A DNA stretch of 64,000 nt from Vulcanimicrobiota bacterium (lineage in GTDB: Bacteria > Vulcanimicrobiota > Vulcanimicrobiia > Vulcanimicrobiales > Vulcanimicrobiaceae), in contig CAWGBN010000006.1 of assembly GCA_963820825.1 (NCBI GenBank), forward strand, positions 659,670 through 723,669, written 5' to 3'. Made by a program: the position numbers and the translations under genes. The notes under the pieces are model-generated. The model saw nothing but the letters and a program-made list of their open reading frames with translations, did no database searches and was not told the DNA's origin. Below, piece by piece: positions 29,409-39,266 of the stretch (position 1 is its first letter; each line of letters begins with the position of its first letter).

Positions 29409-30802
29409 CAGCCCTGCGCGAGTTCGACGTCGTGGTGATCGGGGCGGGGCCGGCCGGAACCGCCGCAGCCTTGCGCGCCGGCGATCTCGGCGCCAAAACC
29501 GCGTTGATCACGCGCGGCGCCTTCGGCGGGATGGCCGCGAACGAAGGACCGATTCCGGTTCGCGTTTTGGCTCATGCGGCGCGGTTGGCGCGCGAAGCAC
29601 GTCAGTTGGCGCGGTATGGCATCAGCGTGGAACAGCCGTCGCTTGACTACGCGCGATTGGTCGAACGAGCGCGGGATGTTGTCGGCGAGGCGCGCCGTCA
29701 CTCCACGCTCTTCGAACAAATAACGAACGCGGGCGTGGAGCTTTTCGAACATGCCGGAACGGCGGAATTCACCGATGCTCACACGATCCGCAGTGCGTCC
29801 GCGCCTACGTTACGCGCCGGGCGAGTCGTCATCTGTTCCGGCGGCGTGAGCCGTGCGCTCGGCGTTCCCGGCGCGGAGTTGATGGTTACTCCGGCCGATG
29901 CGTTCTCGCTGACGGCTGTTCCAAGATCAATGATCGTCATCGGTGCGGGCGCAACCGGCGCACAGGTTGCGTCGATCTTCGGTGCGCTCGGCTCGTCCGT
30001 GACGATTTGTCAGGCTGGCCCCCGCATCATCGCCAGCGAAGATTCCGAAGTTTCTGACGCAGTCGCCGCGGCGTTTCGCGAAGACGGCATCGAGATCTAT
30101 CAAGGATTCGGCGCGATCGAGCGAATCGATCCGGGCGCGAAAGGCGTCAGCGTAACCCTGGCGGGCGCCGAGCACACATCCCTTGAAGCCGAGCTCGTCG
30201 TCTGCGCGATCGGCTGGCGAGCCGATACCGATGCAATGGAACTGCATCGCGCGGGTGTCCAAGTTAATGCGCGCGGGTTCATCGAGGTAGACGACTCGCT
30301 TCGGAGCAGCGCAACTCACGTTTATGCGGCGGGTGATGTCCTCGGTCGCTCGATGCTCGTTCCTCCCGCCGTCCGCGACGGATTTATCGCCGGAAACAAT
30401 GCGGCAGGGGCAGAGCCCCTCTCGGTGACGGCGAGCGTTGAACCCGTTGGAAGCTTCACCGACCCGGAGTATGCAAAAGTCGGATTGACCCAGGAGCAGA
30501 CTCGCGGAAAATACGATACCGTCGTGTCGCACGCATCGTACGCCGAAACGACGCGGCCGATCATCGACGGACGCACTCGAGGATTCTGCAAACTCGTCAT
30601 CGATCGCCGTACGCGTCAAATCTTGGGTTGCCACATCGTTGGCGAGCGTGCCGTCGAAGTGGCTCAAATGGCAGCCATCGCCATGACTGCGGAAATGACT
30701 GTCGATGCGGTGGCGCGCATTCCACTCTCGTTTCCGACCTACGCCAACGTCTTCGGTCGTGCGGCGTTGCGCGCGGTCCGAAAACTCGGCATCAACGCCT
30801 AG
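29405..30802 (+). CDS. Flavoprotein disulfide reductase homolog lacking redox cysteines
   Basis: GAGPAG; GGMAANEGPIP in place of GGxCxNxGCIP; FPTYAN in place of HPTxxE. Confidence 0.85.
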   Translation: MTALREFDVVVIGAGPAGTAAALRAGDLGAKTALITRGAFGGMAANEGPIPVRVLAHAARLAREARQLARYGISVEQPSLDYARLVERARDVVGEARRHSTLFEQITNAGVELFEHAGTAEFTDAHTIRSASAPTLRAGRVVICSGGVSRALGVPGAELMVTPADAFSLTAVPRSMIVIGAGATGAQVASIFGALGSSVTICQAGPRIIASEDSEVSDAVAAAFREDGIEIYQGFGAIERIDPGAKGVSVTLAGAEHTSLEAELVVCAIGWRADTDAMELHRAGVQVNARGFIEVDDSLRSSATHVYAAGDVLGRSMLVPPAVRDGFIAGNNAAGAEPLSVTASVEPVGSFTDPEYAKVGLTQEQTRGKYDTVVSHASYAETTRPIIDGRTRGFCKLVIDRRTRQILGCHIVGERAVEVAQMAAIAMTAEMTVDAVARIPLSFPTYANVFGRAALRAVRKLGINA

Positions 30803-31535
30803 AACGTTCGTGCAAGCCGCTTGGCGCATAGGGGCGCGCAATGGTCAGAGAGTATCTTGATTGGGGCAGGGCCACGTTCGAATATTTGGGCCGGGCGCGA
30901 AATGCCGGAGGCCTTGTTAAGCGACCTACCACGTCGGCGCAAAGAAGCGTCCGATTTCAACTTTGGCGGGGACCGTAAACCCGTTCGGCCTCAACCTCCC
31001 GGGCGGTCAAGAGGCGCACCCGGGGCAGTTGATGGTCCTCCCGAGATCGTCCGCAAATGGCACACGCTCGAGGTTCCTTATTTGATGACGTGAGAACCGC
31101 GAATGTTAGGCAATCTCGGGCGGCGTCTCCACCATTCGTAATCTACGCTTGATAGTGGAGCCTATCCATTTACGCTATATGCTAACTTGGCTAGGCCGTG
31201 CGGATTACGGGGTTTCGATTCTTTCGCTTGACGCCGGTTCTGCACGTCCGCGCGCGGAATATTCCGTAGCAATAGCCCACTCATTCTGGGGTCCGCATAT
31301 GTCGCGCGGAGGAGTCGCACCCAGCGTGACGAGTGTCGCGCCCACTTTAGTTTTCGTATCCTTGTCGTAATCGCGGATTGCGACGAACGAGAAACCTCCG
31401 GAAATCCTAAGAAAATCCCCATTTCCGAGACCGATCTAGCGCCGACTCCTTCCGCGGATTGTACGTGGTCACCGTTTCAGGCTCTCGTCGCCGAAGTAAA
31501 AACGCAAAACGCTTTGTAAAATCAGGCGATTCCGA

Positions 31536-31580
31536 TGGTGGAGATGGGGGGACTCGAACCCCCGACCCCTTACATGCGAA
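31536..31580 (-). repeat. att site: exact 45-bp copy of the tRNA-Ala 3' end
   Basis: Identical to 40872-40916, ending at the anticodon loop. Confidence 0.92.
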
Positions 31581-31710
31581 ATAAACGCTCCTCGAAACCT
31601 AGAGTGCGCACGATACCCAAGAAATAGCCGATTTTCCTTGATGCGTCAGTTTTTCAAGGCCGAAATTTTTCGTCCGCTAGCGTTCGCGCTTTCCGCTAGT
31701 TTCCGCACGA

Positions 31711-31732
31711 ATTGTCGTAAGATTGTCGTAAG
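31711..31732. repeat. Tandem 11-bp arm-type repeat (ATTGTCGTAAG)x2
   Basis: Variants at 38273-38294, 40671-40692 and a weaker one at ~31351-31370. Confidence 0.75.
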
Positions 31733-31733
31733 C

Positions 31734-31821
31734 CTACCGCCGAACTCGGGTGCGCTCGGCCGCTTTTCAGGGCGCCCACCTGTGGCACCATTGATGCGTG
31801 CGGCCCTCTTAGCCTCCGACG
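31734..31821 (-). pseudogene. 3' relic of a DUF2442 gene
   Basis: SEAKRAARINGATGGRP matches SEAKARAARINGAKGGRP of 38296..38748. Confidence 0.75.
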
Positions 31822-31824
31822 GTT

Positions 31825-34266
31825 TTAGACCGTAGACGCCTCCTCGATCGCGCGATCTTGTGACCATGCGGCACCTTCAGCCATCAGTTCTGCCAACGTA
31901 CTCACGCCGAAGTGCTCACGCAGAGGCTGGAGAAACCACTCGGGATCGATGTCAGGGTGAAGCGCGTTGGCCGACCGTCGTGGTTCTGCAAAGCCGAGCA
32001 GGCGGGCAGATAGATCGTACCGTTTGCGATGCGTTGCAACACCTGCGAGAAGTTGCAGCGCGCTATAGACCCCAAGTGGGAGGAGTTCTTCGCGACCGAC
32101 CGTTAAGACCGAGCGCCCGTGCATTCGCGCCTCGTCTACCGCACCCGACCTTAGCAGCACGACACCGAGATAGTACTCAGCCTGGACGCCGCCCGTAACG
32201 TCCCTAGTCACCTGCGTCCCTCCATATGCCTCTCTGCACATTTCGATGGCACGTTCGAGACGGCCGTCCGCTTCCTCCGAACACGCCCGTTCTAACAGGA
32301 TGGCCCATCGATTGCGGTCCTCGGGAAGCTGATAGCGTTCGTGTGCCTCGGCCATTCGCATCGAAAACGCTCGGGCAACGTCGATTTTGCCCCGTTTTCT
32401 GTTGAGTCGGGCCAGACCCCACAGATAAAACTGGATGCGATAGTGGTCATCGCTGCGCTCCGCCACTTCGAGGGCTTCCTGAAAGATAGCCTCGGCCTGG
32501 TTAAGCCGATTGGCTGCCATGAGGCTAAAACCATAGAATAGAGCAAATCGGGCAAGAGGCACCCCTCGTCCTAGGGCGCGCACCGGACGCTCTGCTTCTT
32601 CGCCTATCCGAAGCGCTTCGTTCAAGTCCGTTTGTATATAGGCGCGCATGCGATGAACCGCAATACCAGCGCTCAGCGCCGGGTGTTCTTGGTATGTCAC
32701 GGCGGCTTGCGCGCGATCCAGCCAGCGTAGGCCCTCGTGATAGTGTTGGGTGAACCAAAAACCGCCAAGGCTTGACGCGATCTCGGCGCCGAGCACGCTA
32801 TCGTTACCCAGGACGAGCGCCCATTCCAGTGCCGCACGAATATTGTCGACCTCCTCTTCAACCGTCGCGACGAAGAGTAGGTCGGAGATTTGCTGATACT
32901 TGCCACCTTCTCGCCGCGCCCACTCCGCAAAGTACCGAGCGTGGCTGCGTGCCGTCGCCTCCAACTCACCCTGCTCCTTGAGCAGCTCTAGCGCGTACTG
33001 GCGCAGCGGCTCCATAAGCCGGTAACGCTGAGAAGGCCCGCGATACTCAACCGCAACCAACGACTTGTCGACGAGCGAAGCCATGGTGTCGAATAACGTG
33101 AATTCATCCAACAGCCCATCGGCGACAACTGAAGCCGCTTGCAGCGCCCAGCCCCGCCGGAAAACGGCGAGGCGACGAAACAGACGCCGTTCGTTCTCGG
33201 TTAGAAGGTCGTAGCTCCAGTCGAGCGCCGCGCGCATCGTTCGGTGACGCGCGGGCGCAGTGTGGTCGTCGTCTTTGAGCAGCCGAAGCTCTTTGCTCAG
33301 CATATCCAACAGTTGATGCACGTTCAGCGCCGCTACCCTGGCTGCAGCCAGCTCGATAGCGAGCGGAATCCCGTCGAGGTGGCGGCAAATCTCGACGACC
33401 GCGCCGACATTGTCATCGGTGATGGCAAAGCGCGCGTCGCTTGTCGAGGCACGCGCGAGAAAGAGAGCAATTGCGCCAAACCTTAAAGCGAGTGCAGCGT
33501 CAAGCTTTTCGCCGCCTGGAGGGAGCGCTAGTGACGGCAGACGATAGATTTGTTCGCCGGTTTGTCGCAGCCCCTGGCGCGCGGTCGCGAGCACCGTAAC
33601 TCCCGGACACGTCTTTACGACCGCATCGATGAGCCCGGACGCCTGAGCGCGGACATGTTCGCAGTTGTCGATGATGAGCAAGACGCGCTTGCGTTTGAGA
33701 TGGGCAAGCACTTGATCGAGAACCGGGCTGAAAGCGTGCGGTCTGACGCCGAGCGCGAACGCGATCTCCGAAACTACCGAATCAGGAGCGGAGATCTTTG
33801 CCAAATCCGCGAGCCAGATGCCATCGGGGTAAGCATCGAGCGACTCAGCACCGACCTGCACCGCTAGGCGAGTCTTCCCAACGCCGCCCGCCCCTACGAT
33901 CGTGACGAATCGCGTATTTGCCAAAAGCGACTTTATCGTGGACAATTCGGTGTTTCGGCCTACAAAACTCGTTACTTGGACCGGGAGGTTGTGCGAACGC
34001 TCGGATGCGCCTGCCGGGGCACCGTGCAACAGCTGAGCACGGCCGGCTTCGAGAATGGCTTGCGTCCGGTTCGTCGCGCCAAGCTTTCCAAGTACGTGTT
34101 CGACGTGCCACTCCACGGTGCGGCGACTTAAGGATAGCTGTCGCGCGATCGCGCTATTCGTGAGCCCCAACGCAACGAGCTCCAGCACCTCTCGCTCGCG
34201 TCTGGTGAGCGAGGATCCGGGCTGGCCCTCGATCGGCTGCATTGCCGAGTCACTTATGCGGCGCAC
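31825..34266 (-). CDS. LuxR-HTH + NB-ARC/STAND ATPase + TPR regulator
   Basis: N-terminal LTRREREVL HTH, GAGGVGKT, LLIIDNCEH, LDGIPLAIELAA. Confidence 0.92.
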   Translation of the reverse strand: MRRISDSAMQPIEGQPGSSLTRREREVLELVALGLTNSAIARQLSLSRRTVEWHVEHVLGKLGATNRTQAILEAGRAQLLHGAPAGASERSHNLPVQVTSFVGRNTELSTIKSLLANTRFVTIVGAGGVGKTRLAVQVGAESLDAYPDGIWLADLAKISAPDSVVSEIAFALGVRPHAFSPVLDQVLAHLKRKRVLLIIDNCEHVRAQASGLIDAVVKTCPGVTVLATARQGLRQTGEQIYRLPSLALPPGGEKLDAALALRFGAIALFLARASTSDARFAITDDNVGAVVEICRHLDGIPLAIELAAARVAALNVHQLLDMLSKELRLLKDDDHTAPARHRTMRAALDWSYDLLTENERRLFRRLAVFRRGWALQAASVVADGLLDEFTLFDTMASLVDKSLVAVEYRGPSQRYRLMEPLRQYALELLKEQGELEATARSHARYFAEWARREGGKYQQISDLLFVATVEEEVDNIRAALEWALVLGNDSVLGAEIASSLGGFWFTQHYHEGLRWLDRAQAAVTYQEHPALSAGIAVHRMRAYIQTDLNEALRIGEEAERPVRALGRGVPLARFALFYGFSLMAANRLNQAEAIFQEALEVAERSDDHYRIQFYLWGLARLNRKRGKIDVARAFSMRMAEAHERYQLPEDRNRWAILLERACSEEADGRLERAIEMCREAYGGTQVTRDVTGGVQAEYYLGVVLLRSGAVDEARMHGRSVLTVGREELLPLGVYSALQLLAGVATHRKRYDLSARLLGFAEPRRSANALHPDIDPEWFLQPLREHFGVSTLAELMAEGAAWSQDRAIEEASTV

Positions 34267-34347
34267 AGGGGTATCCTGGGCGCAGAGTCCCTTCCGGCAA
34301 AGGTTCTCGGGGGTGAACCCGGCACCGTGCTTCGACAGGTGCTAAAA

Positions 34348-34363
34348 CCCGTATAGTTACGGG
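34348..34363. promoter_or_regulatory. Candidate operator palindrome CCCGTA-TAGT-TACGGG
   Basis: Lies between the regulator and the divergent lipoprotein genes. Confidence 0.45.
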
Positions 34364-34516
34364 CGACGTCGATCGCCTGCTCGCGTTACCGTAACTCCAT
34401 GATGTGTTTTCCGGCTCGCGCTGCGACCGGCTCCCGGCTCGGGCCTCGTCCGTCCCGAACGGCCCGATCACTCGGGGTGGTGGACGGCACTTAGGCGTTA
34501 CGGGGAGAGCCATACT

Positions 34517-34939
34517 ATGAAAATCTCCGGTTCGGTACTGTTGAGTCTGACAGCCGCGCTGGGCGCGACTTTCATCCTGACGGCCTGTCATTCAGGGGCG
34601 ATGATTCCGCCAAGCCAAACCGCTTCACTTGGGAACGGCGCAACGGCTGCGGCGCGGCCAAAGAATGCCCCTTGCGACTCCGGTCTTCATGTCGACCCTG
34701 CGTACGCACAAATCGACGCCCGCCAGACCGTGCAAATCAGTTTGATTTATACCGAGGATTATTATCGCTGTCCCACCCACGGTGTACGCGCGAACTGGAC
34801 GAAGAGCGGCCCAGGTCACGGACACCTGCAATGCAGGCGCTCCTGCGTAACTACGACATTTTGGGCCAACCGCCCCGGCACGTACTCGGTCATCCCGAAG
34901 GGCACCGGTCTTTCTGCGACCGTGGTCGTGACACGTTGA
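34517..34939 (+). CDS. Small lipoprotein with Ig-like beta domain
   Basis: Lipobox LTAC; GGGGAG RBS; four further Cys. Confidence 0.7.
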   Translation: MKISGSVLLSLTAALGATFILTACHSGAMIPPSQTASLGNGATAAARPKNAPCDSGLHVDPAYAQIDARQTVQISLIYTEDYYRCPTHGVRANWTKSGPGHGHLQCRRSCVTTTFWANRPGTYSVIPKGTGLSATVVVTR

Positions 34940-34997
34940 ATTAAGAAAGACTTTCGCCAGCAGAAAGCACGACGGACGACCTTGTGGGGGCAATGAG

Positions 34998-36365
34998 ATG
35001 AGTGCTGTATGGAAGTTTACGATCGACGGCGCAAAGGCGGCGGCGTGGCCGCTCGTAGCATTCTCCGCATCGTGCGTTTTGAGCGCCGGCTGCGGTGGGT
35101 CGCAGGCATCGCTCGGGCAGCCGGCGCCCGTCCAGACGCCGTTTTACGTCGTACAGAACCTCGGCTCTCTTGGGGGGACGTCGTGCTGCCTCGTCGTCAC
35201 GAACAACAATCAAGGCTGGGTAGACGGCACTTCAAACCTTGCGGGTGACAAGAGCTTCCACCCCTTCCTCTGGCGGAATGGAGTGATGAAAGACCTCGGC
35301 ACGCTCGGCGGGCCGAATGCCAGCGTCGGCGGCATGAACGACCGGGGAGACGTCACCGTTGGCGGATCTGACACCGGCAAGCCGGATCCGCTCGGTGAGG
35401 ATTTTTGTGGGTTCGGTACACATCAAACGTGCCTCTCGTTCATTTGGCGTCACGGGAGGAGGACGCTGATTCCCACCCTGGGAGGTAACAACAACGATGT
35501 CAACGGTATCAAAAACAGTGGCCTCGTGCTTGCGTTTGCGGAGACCACCGTTCATGACCCGACCTGCGTCGCACCTCAGGTGCTCGGATATGAAGCATTT
35601 ACCTGGGAACCGGACACCGGGAAGATTCGCCGGCTTCCTCCGCTGCACGGCGATTCGGTTTCCGTCGCCTTTGACATGAACGATCGCGGCGAAGCTGTCG
35701 GTTACTCCGGCGCGTGCGGAACCTCAGGTATCGACCTACTTCTAGAGTATCACGCGCTTATGTGGCGGCATGGCAAGCCGATCGACCTCGGCAGCCTGGG
35801 CGGCACCATCTTCATCTCGGCTGGCGGGATCAACAATCACGGTCAAGTAGCCGGCACTTCGGCTTTGCGTGGTAACAAGACTGCGCATGCCTTCCTGTGG
35901 CAAAACGGCACGATGACCGACCTCGGTACGCTCCCGGGAGATCTTTTGAGCTTTGGCGGCTCCATCAACGATGCGGGGCAGATGGCGATTCAATCGTGCA
36001 AGAACCTTGCTGCCTGGCTTAATAATACTGACAAGTGCCATGCGGTCATCTGGCAAAACGGCGTGATGACCGATCTCAACACGCTGGTCCGCCCCGGCTC
36101 GTCGCTGTATCTCATCGCCGCGAACACGATCAATAATCGCGGCGAAATTGTCGGCACCGCCATCGATCGCACAACCGGATCGCTCGTCCCGTTCTTGGCG
36201 ACTCCGTGCGGCCCGACCAGCGGTGCGCTACAAATCTGCACGCAAAAGGCTCAGGGCAGAGCTTTCGTTTATCCATCGGCTGGCCCGACGTTATCCCAAC
36301 AGGCTCGCGTGCAGCCCTGGAGGCGCCGAGGACTCGGCCGCCTATCCTGGCCGAATTCCGACTAA
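34998..36365 (+). CDS. HAF-family extracellular repeat lipoprotein
   Basis: Repeated HAFLW.NG.M.DLGTLGG...INxxGQV units; SAGC lipobox. Confidence 0.88.
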   Translation: MSAVWKFTIDGAKAAAWPLVAFSASCVLSAGCGGSQASLGQPAPVQTPFYVVQNLGSLGGTSCCLVVTNNNQGWVDGTSNLAGDKSFHPFLWRNGVMKDLGTLGGPNASVGGMNDRGDVTVGGSDTGKPDPLGEDFCGFGTHQTCLSFIWRHGRRTLIPTLGGNNNDVNGIKNSGLVLAFAETTVHDPTCVAPQVLGYEAFTWEPDTGKIRRLPPLHGDSVSVAFDMNDRGEAVGYSGACGTSGIDLLLEYHALMWRHGKPIDLGSLGGTIFISAGGINNHGQVAGTSALRGNKTAHAFLWQNGTMTDLGTLPGDLLSFGGSINDAGQMAIQSCKNLAAWLNNTDKCHAVIWQNGVMTDLNTLVRPGSSLYLIAANTINNRGEIVGTAIDRTTGSLVPFLATPCGPTSGALQICTQKAQGRAFVYPSAGPTLSQQARVQPWRRRGLGRLSWPNSD

Positions 36366-36407
36366 CGAAAACATGTGGCCGAAGATCCACAAAGGAGGCC
36401 TCAGTTG

Positions 36408-37496
36408 ATGAAACCATCGAACGCACGGGCACTCATCGCGATCTTAGCGTGCGCCATCGCCGCCGGTTGCGGCGGTTCAGGGGGGTTGCCCCCGTCACCC
36501 GCGTACTCGTCAACTGGGGCATCCGTCGCGAGGGAGCTAGGGTTCCGTAACGCCGCGAAAGACCCAAGACACCTCTATGTCGCCGATAGCAATGGGGTCG
36601 AGCGATTTCCAATCTCCAACGGGGTCCCAAAATCGCCTCCCGACCTAACGTACTTGGGAGTCGGAGCTCCCATCGCCGTCGGTCCTTCGGGTGATCTTTA
36701 TGCGACGTCGTACCCGCAGACGTACCCCGCGAGGATCGCCGTTTTCCGCAAGGATTCCACGAGGCGGACACGTACGCTCAACGTGTCGATCAAAGGCTGT
36801 AATAAGCCTTTTAAGTGCGGGCAAGGGCCTGTTTCAGCGCTGCTCGTCGACTCTCAGGGGCATTTGTTTGTCGGATATCAATCTACATACTGTCAAAGAG
36901 TTCAAAGCGGTGGGGTCGTTTGCACTACCAGCTTCGTGGTCTTTATCTATGCCCCCAATGCTCGCGGACATGCAACACGGCATAAAACGATAGTCGTCCA
37001 AAACTGCGGCGGTTTCGATGCGGGCTGCGGCGGACAGGACGCCGGGTTGGCGCTGGACAGCCAGGGCGACCTTCTCGTCTCGCTGTTCCACCAAGAACAC
37101 GGCTTCTATTACCGCTACGTCTATGCCTACACGTTGCAAGGCACGAAGGTGCGTACGCTGACAGGCTCCGGAGTCGTTTTTCCAAACGGACTCGCGACCG
37201 ACGCGTCCGACGAGTTGTACGTCGATAACCCGGTGTCCAGCTATAATCAATATGGCGTGGCCTTTGTAGCGGCCTACCCAGCGACGGCGAATGGTAGCCC
37301 GCCACCGGACCGCGAGATCATGGTTAAGAATGCGCAGTTCGGCACCGGCATCGCGGTTTCAGCGTTGAATCTGCTTTACGTACCAGATCCAACCAACAAC
37401 GTGGTATACGAGCTTCACTCAGACCGCAACGGCTCGCAAAAGCCGATCTCGACCTTGTCGGTGTCAGCGCCCGAGGACGTGAAACTTGGCCCGTAA
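36408..37496 (+). CDS. NHL-like beta-propeller lipoprotein
   Basis: AAGC lipobox; AGGAGG RBS; LAxDSQGxLYV repeats. Confidence 0.8.
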   Translation: MKPSNARALIAILACAIAAGCGGSGGLPPSPAYSSTGASVARELGFRNAAKDPRHLYVADSNGVERFPISNGVPKSPPDLTYLGVGAPIAVGPSGDLYATSYPQTYPARIAVFRKDSTRRTRTLNVSIKGCNKPFKCGQGPVSALLVDSQGHLFVGYQSTYCQRVQSGGVVCTTSFVVFIYAPNARGHATRHKTIVVQNCGGFDAGCGGQDAGLALDSQGDLLVSLFHQEHGFYYRYVYAYTLQGTKVRTLTGSGVVFPNGLATDASDELYVDNPVSSYNQYGVAFVAAYPATANGSPPPDREIMVKNAQFGTGIAVSALNLLYVPDPTNNVVYELHSDRNGSQKPISTLSVSAPEDVKLGP

Positions 37497-37714
37497 AACA
37501 CCCTAGCCCCCGCATCGCGTTAGGGATTAGCAGCTTACCTGAAGGCCTCGCGGCTGTGCAAAAGGGCGCCGATCGCGAAGCGCTCGGCGCCTCGCAGTCA
37601 CAGAATGGCCGGCCTTGCAGATGCCTCGCACCGCGGCAGCTTAACTCGCAGTAGCCTCGCAGTTTTAGAGGCTTAGAACACATGGCTTAGATCGGCTTGA
37701 CCAGCCTGGCTGCT

Positions 37715-37860
37715 GGAGGCGTCGTTTCAAAGGCTCCTTAATTCTTTTTCCTCAAGGCAGATATACTGTCGCATATCTTGTACTTGCGCATGCGCCGTCG
37801 ACGGGCAGCCGAGACGATGGATCGCGTTCTCGAGACCGTGGAGATTGGTCGTCAAAACGG
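37715..37860 (+). pseudogene. Possible tyrosine integrase C-terminal relic
   Basis: Fragments SFQRLL, SHIL, RRAAETMDRVL directly before a degenerate tRNA fragment. Confidence 0.4.
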
Positions 37861-37923
37861 AGCCGGCGGTTTCAGAAAATCAAACGCCGATCCGAAAAAG
37901 CTTGTGAAAACGGCGCGTTTTCC

Positions 37924-37956
37924 GGTGGTTGGGGCTCGAACCCCTATCTCTTACAT
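37924..37956 (-). repeat. Degenerate tRNA-Ala 3' fragment
   Basis: GGTGGTTGGGGCTCGAACCCCTATCTCTTACAT resembles the tRNA 3' half. Confidence 0.6.
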
Positions 37957-38100
37957 ATCGTGCAAGGAGTCAGACTGATCCGTAGCTTCTGCCGCTGGTA
38001 GCGCGGCCACCGCAAGACCAACTCCCACAAAGCGCGTCCTGCTTGGTCTTGCCGCAAAACAAAAACGTCGAAATCCCTTAAGGAATCGGACGTTTTGCGT

Positions 38101-38143
38101 TGGTGGAGATAGGGGACTCGAACCCCCGACCCCTTACATCGAA
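38101..38143 (-). repeat. att site: slightly degenerate tRNA-Ala 3' fragment
   Basis: TGGTGGAGATAGGGGACTCGAACCCCCGACCCCTTACATCGAA; the next ~245 bp are homologous to 31581-31821. Confidence 0.9.
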
Positions 38144-38295
38144 GTAAACGCCGCTCAAAGCCTTAGAGTGCGTACAAAACGCAAGAAATAGCCTATTTTG
38201 TTGCCGTGTCAGGCTTTTAGAAATCGGATTTTAGTCCGCGAGCGTTCGCGCCTTCCGCTAGCTTCCGCGCAAATTGTCCTAAGATCGTCGTAAGC

Positions 38296-38748
38296 CTACC
38301 GGTGAGCTCGGGTGGCCCCGGCCGCCTTGCGCGGGCGCCCTCCTTTGGCACCGTTGATGCGTGCGGCTCTCGCCTTAGCCTCCGACGTGGCCGTGCCGGC
38401 GTGGCGGCCGAGTTCGGACATCCACTTTCTGCCACCATAGACGCCGTGAAGTAGCGACATGATCGTGAAGTCTGCGTCGAGATCGGGCCAGGTCAAAGAC
38501 GTCCCACGACCCGAGACACAGGCATTTCGGAGCTGCGACGGCGAGGCGTCGCCTAGGCCTTGCAGGAGCTGCCTTGGGATGACGAGGGAAGCCCCATTGT
38601 TCATCTCCACAACTACGCTGCTGCGCGTTGGAATGTAACGAACAGAGACCGCAAGTGGCTCCGTCGCGAGGCGCCGATCACGGCGCCGAAAGGCGGTCTC
38701 GATCTCCACGTTCGTAATGCGGCGACGTTTTGTAGTGCTCATCAGCAA
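38296..38748 (-). CDS. DUF2442 family protein (putative antitoxin)
   Basis: LQGLGDASPSQL...LTWPDLDADF and C-terminal SEAK..AARINGAKGGRPRK. Confidence 0.85.
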   Translation of the reverse strand: MLMSTTKRRRITNVEIETAFRRRDRRLATEPLAVSVRYIPTRSSVVVEMNNGASLVIPRQLLQGLGDASPSQLRNACVSGRGTSLTWPDLDADFTIMSLLHGVYGGRKWMSELGRHAGTATSEAKARAARINGAKGGRPRKAAGATRAHR

Positions 38749-38987
38749 TATGTTTCCCAGAGTTCCTCTAGTTCTCTAAAGTGTTCGGTTACCAGTTTCG
38801 CGGCTTCGCGAACTTGAGCCCTCGTAAGTTGCCGATCCGCCTCGCGAAGCGCTATTGTCCCATCCAAGTTGAGCCGGAACACAACTTCCGGCGCAATCAT
38901 GGACCCGTGCCGCGCATGAACGTGCCTCGGCTCATGGTCACCTGGAATCACGACAAGGCGCCAGCCCCGCGCAATTATCGACGGCAT
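38742..38987 (-). CDS. DUF4160 family protein (putative toxin)
   Basis: DHEPRHVHA motif, ELEELW C-terminus; overlaps DUF2442. Confidence 0.85.
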   Translation of the reverse strand: MPSIIARGWRLVVIPGDHEPRHVHARHGSMIAPEVVFRLNLDGTIALREADRQLTRAQVREAAKLVTEHFRELEELWETYC

Positions 38988-38992
38988 GCGAT

Positions 38993-39021
38993 ACTATAAC
39001 CTAACCGTTGGGTTTTGTCCA
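38993..39021 (-). promoter_or_regulatory. Promoter/operator of the DUF4160-DUF2442 pair (leaderless)
   Basis: TGGACA-17 nt-TATAGT, 5 nt before ATG; near-palindrome AACCTAAC-C-GTTGGGTT in the spacer. Confidence 0.7.
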
Positions 39022-39073
39022 GAGCGGGGACGCCGCTGTGTCTACCCGACGGACAAGGTACACGAAGCGCGTT

Positions 39074-39172
39074 CGCGTCTTCAAGCCGTTGTTCAAGCAG
39101 GCGGAATTGCCCGAAGTCACGTTGCACAGACTTCCCCAGACCGCCGACTCCCTGATCATCGACTCCGACGCC
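39074..39172 (+). pseudogene. Tyrosine integrase relic, part 1
   Basis: RVFKPLFKQAELPEVTLHRLPQTADSLII resembles the HxLRHT box with decayed catalytic residues. Confidence 0.7.
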
Positions 39173-39266
39173 CGTCGGGGGTACAGCGCCTGAGCCGAAG
39201 AACGTAACCTTCGTCTTCGGCCTTGCGCTTGAGGGCGCAATTTGCCGAGCCAGCACGAGGTGTACC

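Larger units (their letters stand above)
31536..38143. mobile_element. Decayed tRNA-Ala integrative element (distal)
   Basis: Bounded by tRNA 3' fragments; arm repeats, DUF2442 relic, probable integrase relic, cargo genes. Confidence 0.7.

Noticed and set aside
31100..31240. tmRNA or permuted tmRNA
   Set aside because: GTCTCCACCA is present, but there is no preceding T-arm and no recognisable tmRNA 5' end or tag frame.
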